A stretch of DNA of 64,000 nucleotides. Source: a virus. The position numbers and the translations under genes were made by a program. This document shows, in pieces, positions 56,168 to 64,000 of the stretch (position 1 is the first letter of the stretch; each line of letters begins with the position of its first letter). The stretch lies in IMG/VR virus record IMGVR_UViG_3300045988_108551. One strand, 5' to 3'. Below the pieces are notes generated by a model. That model was given only the letters and a program-made list of their open reading frames with translations, searched no databases and was not told the DNA's origin.

Positions 56168-56452
56168 TCATTTTTCTTCCTCCTCATTATCCCATCCTAA
56201 ACAAGAATCTAAATGTGAAATAAAAATTGTAGCTCCCTTATTTTCTTCCACAGTAGGATACTCTACCTCATAATAGTCAAATTCAGAGCTCTCTAATCCG
56301 ACCCTATTTTCATCCCATCCATTTTTGGTCCCATCTTCTGCCATTTCTTTAAGCTTTTCCAAAGCCTCTTCTGGTGTTTCTGCTTCAATGGATAATCTAT
56401 CTTTCATCCATCCATAAACCCTTCTTTCTACTTCAAATATAAATTCTTTCAT
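56168..56452 (-). CDS. Hypothetical acidic protein (94 aa)
   Basis: ORF. Confidence 0.55.
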   Translation of the reverse strand: MKEFIFEVERRVYGWMKDRLSIEAETPEEALEKLKEMAEDGTKNGWDENRVGLESSEFDYYEVEYPTVEENKGATIFISHLDSCLGWDNEEEEK

Positions 56453-56492
56453 TTCGCTATTTTTTTTTGTTTATTATATTTCACATCTTGTA

Positions 56493-56813
56493 TCAAACAA
56501 CCTCCTTGGAAGCATTATTTAATGGTGATTCCTTCAATCTCTTTAGATTAAATCCTATCATATTCCCACACTGTGGACACCTAAAACCATAAGGTTTACT
56601 AACCATCCTGTCACTTCTGTTGCACATCATACAGTATGGGCGCCATCCGTCATACCATGTCCCTCCCTTGGCTTCCTTCAATCTTCTCAACTTTTCTTTT
56701 TCTGGAAGATCTATATTCTGTTTTAGTGTTTCCATTAATCTGTTGTTTACCGTGATAATATCAATATCTGAGACATCAAAACATAATACGGCTATTTTGA
56801 TTTTCGCTTCCAT
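56493..56813 (-). CDS. Zinc-ribbon hypothetical protein (106 aa)
   Basis: CMMCN ... CPQCG. Confidence 0.6.
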   Translation of the reverse strand: MEAKIKIAVLCFDVSDIDIITVNNRLMETLKQNIDLPEKEKLRRLKEAKGGTWYDGWRPYCMMCNRSDRMVSKPYGFRCPQCGNMIGFNLKRLKESPLNNASKEVV

Positions 56814-57001
56814 GATTGTTTATTGTTCTACATCAATAATCCCATACTCTGCTACTTCCAACACATCCTGCACTATTTCCGGATAGTCAGTCGTATCTAA
56901 CGAAGCATCTTGAACGTATGCTTCCGCTAATTTCTTGGCTTCTTCAAACGATTCGGCTTGTATATATAAATCAAGCGTCAATGAAAACGGATATAACATA
57001 G

Positions 57002-57316
57002 CTAATCTGTTATTCTGTAATAATAATCAAGTTCTTCTCCCTTAAAATTGTTCATGGCATACTCGTCAGCTTCCCGCCACAACCGGTCATACAATGCAGC
57101 CAGTTCACGATTGCTTTCATAATGTTGCCAGATTTTATGATTCAATACCAGCGTCAATTCTGTAAAGAACTTATAATCGTCTTTCCATTCGCTAAACGCA
57201 CGTCTGTAAGTATCTTTGACACCTGCTATACCATACTTGTCGGCTATGCTGAAATCTTCCCAAAAGGTAGTTATTAGGTCATAGCCGTTCTCCTGCATAA
57301 ATTCTTTGAATGTCAT
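57002..57316 (-). CDS. Hypothetical protein (104 aa)
   Basis: ORF. Confidence 0.6.
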   Translation of the reverse strand: MTFKEFMQENGYDLITTFWEDFSIADKYGIAGVKDTYRRAFSEWKDDYKFFTELTLVLNHKIWQHYESNRELAALYDRLWREADEYAMNNFKGEELDYYYRITD

Positions 57317-57327
57317 AAACTATTATT

Positions 57328-57795
57328 TTAGGTATATAATTGCCTTATCTTATCAATGACATCTTCCTTAAATTCGTAATACTCATATATACGACCTTTG
57401 TAGTCAGCTATCATTTCTTCAATCTTACTTTCGGATGCCCATAACCCATAATACACATAGCAATCCGATAATCTATCTACTGAAGAAACACCGATCAACA
57501 TCATTTTGAAAAATGGATTTCCCTCTTTTTCCAATTCTTCTCTTGCTCTGTCTGTCACTGCATCCCACCATTGCCCTTCGCATTTCTCTACCTCCCCATT
57601 ATCAAGTACGACATCAAACTTTCTACCTCCGAAAGCTTCTCTTCTCTCATTTCTCTTTGCAAGGAAATCATAGAATATACCTCCTATCCTTCCAATAATG
57701 GTATCATCTCCGTACTTTGTGCTAATTTTATCAGGCATTTCGTCGAAGACAAGGAACTTCGATTCTCCTGACTCTACTAAGTATAATAGCTTCAT
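57328..57795 (-). CDS. Hypothetical protein (155 aa)
   Basis: ORF. Confidence 0.65.
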   Translation of the reverse strand: MKLLYLVESGESKFLVFDEMPDKISTKYGDDTIIGRIGGIFYDFLAKRNERREAFGGRKFDVVLDNGEVEKCEGQWWDAVTDRAREELEKEGNPFFKMMLIGVSSVDRLSDCYVYYGLWASESKIEEMIADYKGRIYEYYEFKEDVIDKIRQLYT

Positions 57796-57806
57796 GATTT
57801 ATTTCT

Positions 57807-58277
57807 TTAGATGTAAGTTATTCCTCCAACCTTGATCTGCATTATATCGTTTTCAAGCATAATGAAATTATTTTGTTTTATGGATCCAAATATCAATCCA
57901 TATACACTTACCGTATTAAACAGCCTAACAGTGTGAAAATCTTCATTTAGCCTTACTCTGTTTTTATTCCAATATCCCAAATCGTTGATAGTTATCGGGA
58001 ATCCTTCTATGTTGTTATACCTGTAGTAATTGTTTTCATTGAAAACTATTTTCTTTATTAACAGGTTCCCGATGCTTTTCATGTTGAATCCGGACAACTC
58101 TATCTGTTCTAAAATATAATCAATCAAATTATTATGATATGTGTTTGGTTTATCTTCTTTCTCATTAATGATTTTCTTCCATTTCTTTGTTAAAGGAATC
58201 CGTATATCCATATATGTGCTAAATACTACTATAGTAGGACATTCCCCTTCAAACTTCGTTAAATCTTCTACTCTCAT
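57807..58277 (-). CDS. Hypothetical protein (about 156 aa)
   Basis: Start moved to the internal Met (MRVEDLTKFEG...) because the track's N-terminal 28 codons run through a GC-rich hairpin-forming spacer. Confidence 0.55.
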   Translation of the reverse strand: MRVEDLTKFEGECPTIVVFSTYMDIRIPLTKKWKKIINEKEDKPNTYHNNLIDYILEQIELSGFNMKSIGNLLIKKIVFNENNYYRYNNIEGFPITINDLGYWNKNRVRLNEDFHTVRLFNTVSVYGLIFGSIKQNNFIMLENDIMQIKVGGITYI

Positions 58278-58379
58278 AATTAACAAATATTTGTATTGTT
58301 TTCGTCGTTCACTATCTGACTGATATACGGCCCTGGCCACAGACAGCCAGGCCGACCTCATGGCAGGGCGGGCGCCGTC

Positions 58380-58568
58380 TTACTCTGGCTGTTCTACCCA
58401 CTCCCTGTATCCTACATTAAAACCAATAGGATCATACCTTTTGATCATAGTGCCATAATTCTCTCTACCGCAATACCTGTTCTTTCCTCCAATGATCCAT
58501 GCCTCATCGTCTCTATCTGGAGATATTGAGTTAAGAAACTTCTCATAATCTTTTCTACTCTTTCCCAT
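58380..58568 (-). CDS. Hypothetical protein (62 aa)
   Basis: ORF. Confidence 0.45.
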   Translation of the reverse strand: MGKSRKDYEKFLNSISPDRDDEAWIIGGKNRYCGRENYGTMIKRYDPIGFNVGYREWVEQPE

Positions 58569-58914
58569 CTTTGTCTTGATTTAAACAATAGTTAATAAAA
58601 TAAGCAACCTGTTCATTTTCCCCTGTATTATCATAATCACCTAAAGTCATATCATCATAATCCAGCAGAACTATACGAAAATCGTTTTTTTTGACATACA
58701 CCTCCGTTAAAAACATAGGAATCCCATTAATTTCTATTATCACCGGAAACTGATCATCAAAGTCAAACGTATTATTAGCTTCTCGCCATTCTTTAAATTT
58801 TAGCTTTATACTTCCACCGTTCTCCGCTAATGCCTCTTTGATGTACTTTAATCTTTTTGCATTCAGATCAACCTCTGCTTTTTCTATTTCTTTGTACAAT
58901 TCATTCAGATCCAT
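58555..58914 (-). CDS. Hypothetical protein (119 aa)
   Basis: ORF. Confidence 0.6.
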   Translation of the reverse strand: MDLNELYKEIEKAEVDLNAKRLKYIKEALAENGGSIKLKFKEWREANNTFDFDDQFPVIIEINGIPMFLTEVYVKKNDFRIVLLDYDDMTLGDYDNTGENEQVAYFINYCLNQDKDGKE

Positions 58915-59001
58915 ATTCCACTATATTTATGTTGTCAAATTTTTCTTTTATAACATCCAAGGCGCCACGCTCGTTTGTTACCATAACATACTTTCCTGGC
59001 T

Positions 59002-59298
59002 TCATTCCTTTATTCTACTTATTTTTAAATTGTTGTTCTTACAGTATTCCTTTATCCAACTATCCGTTAGATAACGATTAACTCTATCGTATTTCTTTTT
59101 CGGACCCTTGCTCCAGAATTTCCATTCGTTTGTAATATCGTTCCCATATTTATCAAACCAGTAGATATAATACACTACGTTACCGTATAAATCCACTCTT
59201 TTTCTTTCCTGTATGACTACCTCGTAAGGCATCTCCCTGTCTCTTTTCTCCATCTTTGTTCTCCTTTCTTGAATAAAAAAAACGACACCTATCTTCAC
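59002..59298 (-). CDS. Hypothetical protein (98 aa)
   Basis: ORF. Confidence 0.55.
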   Translation of the reverse strand: MKIGVVFFIQERRTKMEKRDREMPYEVVIQERKRVDLYGNVVYYIYWFDKYGNDITNEWKFWSKGPKKKYDRVNRYLTDSWIKEYCKNNNLKISRIKE

Positions 59299-59331
59299 AG
59301 ACCAGTGCCGGCAACTAACTTACATGGAAAA

Positions 59332-59742
59332 CTACTTAACCTCAACTAATTCTACAGAGTTGTAGAATTTAGTGAAGCTACCAACAAATTCTCTTATATT
59401 TTTATATTCTTCTGGTCGTTTTCTGTTACCGTCTTTTATGTAATTTACCCACAGTCTATCCTCTATGTTCTTAATCGCATTCTCTATAGTAAATTCGTCG
59501 CTGACACACATTAAACACGAAGACCCTGTTTTCTTATGCGGTTTATACACCCTTGAAAAAGACCATATTTTTATCCTGTCGTATATATATCCGTTGTTTG
59601 GATAAACGAACCCTATTCGACTGTCGCCTTCTTTAGCATAAAACACACCTGGCTCTTTCCCGCCTTTCTTATACACAATAAATCCTTTTTCTTTTAGGAT
59701 CTTAACCACTTTATCTAATTTATTTTCTACGTTCATTTTCAT
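59332..59742 (-). CDS. Hypothetical protein (136 aa)
   Basis: ORF. Confidence 0.65.
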   Translation of the reverse strand: MKMNVENKLDKVVKILKEKGFIVYKKGGKEPGVFYAKEGDSRIGFVYPNNGYIYDRIKIWSFSRVYKPHKKTGSSCLMCVSDEFTIENAIKNIEDRLWVNYIKDGNRKRPEEYKNIREFVGSFTKFYNSVELVEVK

Positions 59743-60193
59743 GCAAGTATTTAAAAACGACCCTCATTATAGTTGCGAAGTTCTCTACCTTAACCCACTC
59801 ATGAGCTACTGCTCTAAGTACAGACGTTTCATATGTTGGGACATTGTCTTCTTCAATCACCTTACAAGAAGCCAGAACTCCTTCGGTCGGCTTTAGTCCA
59901 CGGTCATGCAGCTCGCAGAGACCGTCTGGCCGGCGGAATGCGCACCACCCGTCTTTCTCTGTCGGCTGGATCATCGCTATTGGTTTTTCTTTCACTGCAA
60001 TATACCCTACCATCCACATTGTTTCTTTTAGCCTGTCAGCGTATCCGGCATCTATGATAGCTTCTATGTCTTTTGGCGTACCAATACAAGGAACCTCACA
60101 CATGTTCTTGCATTTATCACATGTACAAGGCTGCTCCCATCTATTATGATCTATGCCAACCAACTTCTTTATCCGTTCTACTTCCTCTTTCAT
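59720..60193 (-). CDS. Cys-rich hypothetical protein (157 aa)
   Basis: CTCDKCKNMCEVPC cluster plus further Cys (CAF..., C...H). Confidence 0.65.
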   Translation of the reverse strand: MKEEVERIKKLVGIDHNRWEQPCTCDKCKNMCEVPCIGTPKDIEAIIDAGYADRLKETMWMVGYIAVKEKPIAMIQPTEKDGWCAFRRPDGLCELHDRGLKPTEGVLASCKVIEEDNVPTYETSVLRAVAHEWVKVENFATIMRVVFKYLHENERRK

Positions 60194-60194
60194 A

Positions 60195-60479
60195 TTATAC
60201 TGTCTCTGTTAGTTTTTCGTAATACAACTTCATTTCCGGTGAAGCGTATTCCATGAATGCTTCGAATAAGTGTGGTACCTCTATTATCATATTCACATTA
60301 CAACCTTCTGTCTGTGAAAGCGATTCAAGATCATTACTGTACAGGCACGTAACATAGGCACCTATATTAAATACATGCAAATCTATCCTTACGTATTCTA
60401 TACATGAAGACAATGCATTAAACAAATTCTTTACTTCATTCTTGTCAAAAAGTTCTACAAATTCTCTCAACCCCATCAT
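60195..60479 (-). CDS. Hypothetical protein (94 aa)
   Basis: ORF. Confidence 0.55.
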   Translation of the reverse strand: MMGLREFVELFDKNEVKNLFNALSSCIEYVRIDLHVFNIGAYVTCLYSNDLESLSQTEGCNVNMIIEVPHLFEAFMEYASPEMKLYYEKLTETV

Positions 60480-60859
60480 TTTACCACCCTTTCTATGTGT
60501 TTAATTAATACTACTGCTATTCCCTTACCGGTTTTTATCGCACATTCCGACCCTTTTATCCATTCTACACACCCTACATACTTTTCCGTAGCATGAAATC
60601 CGGGATTGTATTTTCCAGATGTACTGAACTCTACCGTATCCCCTACCCTCAGATCATCAAAAGCAATAGACCATGTGGTCCAAATTCTGTCATGTCTCCC
60701 AGGCTGAATGGCCCCGATTACGCCTTTTTTACGACCGTTTTTTATTGCCCTTAGTATTATCTTCCTATCACCTTCGATAAGGCTGCAAAAGCGCCCGTAA
60801 AAGGTCAAATCAACTTGTTTTCCTCCTATTTCTTCTCTTATTTTTGTTATTCTGTTCAT
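60476..60859 (-). CDS. Hypothetical protein (127 aa)
   Basis: ATGA overlap. Confidence 0.6.
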   Translation of the reverse strand: MNRITKIREEIGGKQVDLTFYGRFCSLIEGDRKIILRAIKNGRKKGVIGAIQPGRHDRIWTTWSIAFDDLRVGDTVEFSTSGKYNPGFHATEKYVGCVEWIKGSECAIKTGKGIAVVLIKHIERVVK

Positions 60860-61073
60860 TTTCTGATTTTGTTTTATTTTTTTCTTTGTTTTTTCTATCT
60901 TCTATAGAAGATGATAATAACATTATCTTTTCTATGTTACTTTTTGACTGTAAAAAAGAATCGCATTTCATTACTACTACCACCTTCTTAAGTTCCCCAT
61001 TATCGTATAGCGATACACGCATCATGTTTTGCACCTCGTCCACTATCAGACCTGGAGTAGTCTTAGCCATTTT
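60810..61073 (-). CDS. Hypothetical protein with a very basic C-terminus (about 87 aa from the internal Met)
   Basis: Overlaps the downstream gene by 50 nt. KNKEKNKTKSENEQNNKNKRRNRRKTS tail. Uncertain. Confidence 0.4.
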   Translation of the reverse strand, partial: KMAKTTPGLIVDEVQNMMRVSLYDNGELKKVVVVMKCDSFLQSKSNIEKIMLLSSSIEDRKNKEKNKTKSENEQNNKNKRRNRRKTS

Positions 61074-61083
61074 GCGTAGCTTA

Positions 61084-61332
61084 TTATACTCCGGTCTTTC
61101 CATTTCCTCTGTTTATTACTCTATAGTATTTATCCTTATCCCCTTCTTTCAACTTCTCCAGATAGAAAATTCCATCATGTAAATGAGACAAACAAAACCT
61201 GTATCCGTATTTCTGTACTCTTCTTACATGATCCCGCAGTCTTATCTCTTCACTTTTGTCTTGTACTTTGATTTTAATACTGTCCCCTTCTTTGATTGTG
61301 TATAAAATAGTTTGAATCTCTTCTTTTTTCAT
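61084..61332 (-). CDS. Hypothetical protein (about 82 aa)
   Basis: Track start 61368 is GTG; first ATG (MKKEEIQ...) gives 61332. Confidence 0.5.
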   Translation of the reverse strand: MKKEEIQTILYTIKEGDSIKIKVQDKSEEIRLRDHVRRVQKYGYRFCLSHLHDGIFYLEKLKEGDKDKYYRVINRGNGKTGV

Positions 61333-61395
61333 CTTATAAAATATTTTAACGGCAGCACCTATACTCACGCACCACTACTGCCTTATGTTTAACAA

Positions 61396-62205
61396 TTAAA
61401 TACTTAACTCTTCAATGGTCAAGCCTTTTTCTTTTGCCCACTTTAGCATCGCGCATAATTCTGTTTCTGACTTATATTTCGGATCACGCCACGCCCATCC
61501 GAATTTATCCAGGACATGATGATATAATTCGTCGGCCTTTGCCGTGTAAATGTCTTTGAATAAATGCTCCGAACCTTCCGGTATAAGCATCTCTGTTGTT
61601 GCAAAATCGGAATACGATAAACATCCGTAAGCATATTCTGTTATTTCACTCCATGCTTCTCCGGCTTTAAATCCAAATTCTTTTACAAAAGCCAAAGTTA
61701 GATACATATTTAATAATATTGTTACATCATATCCGGAATCCGACTTTCTTTCTATTATTTCCTTTTCAAATTCCTTTAAATCTTCAGGCCCTAAAAAGAT
61801 GTATCCTGATACCGACCGGTAATTAGTCTCCGCATACTTCTTGCATTTATCATCATTGACAATCTTACTAATGTTAGATAACATCTTTTGCCTCCATTCA
61901 TCACAAAACTCTACCTCTACGTTCATCCAATCAGTACCATAATTATATTCTTTCGGATATCCGACCGATGTTACCTTTATACTATTCACGCCATATCCGT
62001 AAAGGCGTTCACTTACCTCATTCGCCCATTCCTGTACAAAAGGAATAAACTTATTGTAATAAGAATCAAAATCAAAATCCGATTCCTCCTCATATTCTGG
62101 CATCTCTTCATAATCCTGTTCAAAGAAATGACGAGGATCTGCTATTGTTTCGTAGAAACTTACGTTAATGAAACAAAACTCGTTAGTTGTCGTTTTTAAT
62201 ATCAT
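61396..62205 (-). CDS. Acidic hypothetical protein (269 aa)
   Basis: ORF. Its stop codon lies inside one copy of the 20-bp repeat. Confidence 0.75.
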   Translation of the reverse strand: MILKTTTNEFCFINVSFYETIADPRHFFEQDYEEMPEYEEESDFDFDSYYNKFIPFVQEWANEVSERLYGYGVNSIKVTSVGYPKEYNYGTDWMNVEVEFCDEWRQKMLSNISKIVNDDKCKKYAETNYRSVSGYIFLGPEDLKEFEKEIIERKSDSGYDVTILLNMYLTLAFVKEFGFKAGEAWSEITEYAYGCLSYSDFATTEMLIPEGSEHLFKDIYTAKADELYHHVLDKFGWAWRDPKYKSETELCAMLKWAKEKGLTIEELSI

Positions 62206-62456
62206 AACTTTTTGTATTTACGTACATTTTTCTTGCCATAGAATCTACACATGGCACGAATCTGACTATAAAATACTTTTGTCCTCCTGGCCTCAAAGTA
62301 TTTAAACATTTCTTCATTCTTTGTTTCCCAAACGTAATCCGTTTGGGAACTCATGCGATCTTTCTCCTTGCGTGAATAATGGTAATATGATACCACAACA
62401 CGTTTCATACCATTCTTTACAGGTACGATATTTACGTCTATACTATTCTCTGTCAT
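62202..62456 (-). CDS. Hypothetical protein (84 aa)
   Basis: ATGA overlap. Confidence 0.55.
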   Translation of the reverse strand: MTENSIDVNIVPVKNGMKRVVVSYYHYSRKEKDRMSSQTDYVWETKNEEMFKYFEARRTKVFYSQIRAMCRFYGKKNVRKYKKL

Positions 62457-62575
62457 ATTATTATTGTTTTATGCATTATACAAATACAAAGAGCGCATAC
62501 CTTCACAGGCCGGCGCTCCTTTCAATAAAAATGAAAAAACTAATATTACATAAACATATTGTTTTCTACTCTTTA

Positions 62576-62809
62576 TTACAATACTTTTGTTCCGCAATTA
62601 TTATATCTTCCGTACTCTTTTTTCGTATCATTCAAGATTTCAAAAACCATCTTCTTGTGATCTTCGTTTGGTAACCTATCCTTAACAGCCGATATTACGC
62701 CCGCTATAGACGTAAAGCCTGAATCTGTTATTGAACACAGCAACACGCCTCTGTCGGCTCCGGTGCTTATTGCTGACGCCTTTATAATATCATTCTTATA
62801 TATTCTCAT
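62576..62809 (-). CDS. Hypothetical protein (77 aa)
   Basis: ORF. Confidence 0.55.
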   Translation of the reverse strand: MRIYKNDIIKASAISTGADRGVLLCSITDSGFTSIAGVISAVKDRLPNEDHKKMVFEILNDTKKEYGRYNNCGTKVL

Positions 62810-62984
62810 AACTTTTTTGTTTTATTGTTTGTGAGATGCCCAGAATCGAACCAGGACCGGCACATACGCACCGGCACGCCGCGTCATCCCCTCTATGATG
62901 CAGAAATAGGCATGCCTATCCTCACGAACCGACATGCCAAAACCCAAAACTTAATTTGATGAATAAAATAGATTAACAAAAATA
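62810..62984 (-). ncRNA. GC-rich structured intergenic element with a tRNA T-arm-like motif; candidate small RNA or tRNA remnant
   Basis: The minus strand reads ...GGCATGTCGGTTCGTGAGGATAGGCATGCCTATTTC...GGTCCTGGTTCGATTCTGGGCATCTCACAAAC. GGTTCGATTC is T-loop-like, and AGGCATGCCT is a perfect 10-bp palindrome. A full cloverleaf could not be folded by hand. Confidence 0.25.
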
Positions 62985-63299
62985 CTATTCTAATTCTTTT
63001 ATAATATCTTTCACAATATTCAGCCTTACCTCCTTCGTTTCTGGACTAATACAACCAAACCACCCATAAAACTTTCTTGTTTCCTCTGGTTCTGTGGCCA
63101 TACTTATCTTCTCCTCCAATTCCGGGAAATATATTCTCACCATTTCGTCTGAACGAAACTCATAGATATTTTTATGTGTTTTGAAATACATAAACACTAC
63201 ATTTCTTAACGCAACACATATGTATTCCCCATCCTCTAACCTATCAATCATCTCATATACCTTTTTCCATATGAATAATCGCTCTTCTTTTGTAAACAT
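62985..63299 (-). CDS. Hypothetical protein (104 aa)
   Basis: ORF. Confidence 0.6.
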   Translation of the reverse strand: MFTKEERLFIWKKVYEMIDRLEDGEYICVALRNVVFMYFKTHKNIYEFRSDEMVRIYFPELEEKISMATEPEETRKFYGWFGCISPETKEVRLNIVKDIIKELE

Positions 63300-63313
63300 A
63301 TCCTTCTTTATTT

Positions 63314-63655
63314 TTATGGTATTATTTGACTGTATGCAGACTTTTCCATGTACACAATATTATGCTCCTGTCCAAATATCTTCTTTGCCACCTCTTTCTT
63401 TATCGCACAATATCTTCCTGTACGATACGGATTCTTTTGATCTGATCCATCCTCGACTTCGATAATAAAACAACCTCCGTCATCTATTATCTTTTTGCAA
63501 TTGTCACATATTTCTCCCGTGCATATATGATGCGGCGCCTGCCCTTTGATGTTATTCCCTAATAAAGCAATCCCCATCTCTTCACCGCATACTATGCATA
63601 GTTCTATGGATGGATTCAACCCATGCTCTGGATGCAATACAATACCGTCTTTCAT
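63314..63655 (-). CDS. Cys/His-rich hypothetical protein (113 aa)
   Basis: CIVCGEE ... HHICTGEICDNCKK ... C. Confidence 0.65.
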   Translation of the reverse strand: MKDGIVLHPEHGLNPSIELCIVCGEEMGIALLGNNIKGQAPHHICTGEICDNCKKIIDDGGCFIIEVEDGSDQKNPYRTGRYCAIKKEVAKKIFGQEHNIVYMEKSAYSQIIP

Positions 63656-63972
63656 TTTCTATCCTCCTTTATTAATTCTATTATAAACTTTTTATCTTGT
63701 TCCCACAATGGCAGCCCTTCTTTTACTGTGTATGCCACTGTTTCCCTCTCTCCTATTAATCGCACGGCAATCTCTCTTGCTTTCAAGTCATCCTCCTCAT
63801 GCGATTTGTTTATTAAATCATAGGCACATGATTCCACCTTTTGCCTTTCGATTATTATCGAACCCATTAACTCGCTTATATGCGATCCTAAAAACGATAA
63901 GACATTAATAGCTTTCCCAATATCATTTGAAATAGCACTTGCTAAATACATCTTATCCATATACTCCGGCAA
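63652..63972 (-). CDS. Hypothetical protein; the frame is open to the window end, so possibly 5'-partial (first ATG gives start 63960)
   Basis: Track start is TTG. No stop codon between 63972 and nt 64000 in frame. Confidence 0.5.
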   Translation of the reverse strand: MPEYMDKMYLASAISNDIGKAINVLSFLGSHISELMGSIIIERQKVESCAYDLINKSHEEDDLKAREIAVRLIGERETVAYTVKEGLPLWEQDKKFIIELIKEDRK

Positions 63973-64000
63973 AGCCTCGTATGCCGTTTCTATGTTTTTA

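Noticed and set aside
62830-62925. Canonical tRNA gene on the minus strand.
   Set aside because: A T-loop-like GGTTCGATTC and a plausible acceptor 3' strand are present, but no consistent D-arm, anticodon arm or 7-bp acceptor pairing could be built by hand (61 or 95 nt alternatives). It is reported only as a tRNA-like or structured-RNA candidate.
1-64000. CRISPR arrays, integrase/att sites, transposases, rRNA.
   Set aside because: No regularly spaced direct repeats, no tyrosine/serine recombinase motifs, and no rRNA-like conserved stretches were seen; the element looks like a non-integrating phage.

Overview
This window reads as an AT-rich double-stranded DNA phage genome segment, with no rRNA, canonical tRNA, CRISPR array, integrase or transposase visible. 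It has two convergent transcription blocks. The plus-strand block (1..21.7 kb) carries large genes separated by rho-independent terminators, including a 2148-aa giant ORF, 725-aa and 752-aa ORFs, a Gly/Cys/Gln-rich membrane protein and an RG/ER-repeat protein. The minus-strand block (21.8..64 kb) is roughly 80 small, tightly packed, mostly overlapping genes that include a replication module: an SF2 helicase, a DnaB-like helicase, a primase-like protein, two PD-(D/E)XK nucleases (one Cas4-like with Fe-S cysteines), a C5 cytosine methyltransferase and a dATP/dGTP-diphosphohydrolase-like protein. TAnnTTTG-type -7 promoter motifs and the weak Shine-Dalgarno usage suggest a Bacteroidota host. The most unusual cargo is a tight five-gene minus-strand operon encoding a flotillin/SPFH protein, its NfeD/YqiJ partner, an acyl carrier protein and two unknown proteins. 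Other notable cargo: a standalone ABC-type ATPase, DUF1566-like domain proteins on both strands, tandem paralogs, a KilAC/T5orf172 gene in an AT-rich islet, GC-rich structured noncoding islets, a 20-bp exact distant repeat, and a same-frame gene pair split by a single TGA. All family calls are by eye from motifs, not from searches.
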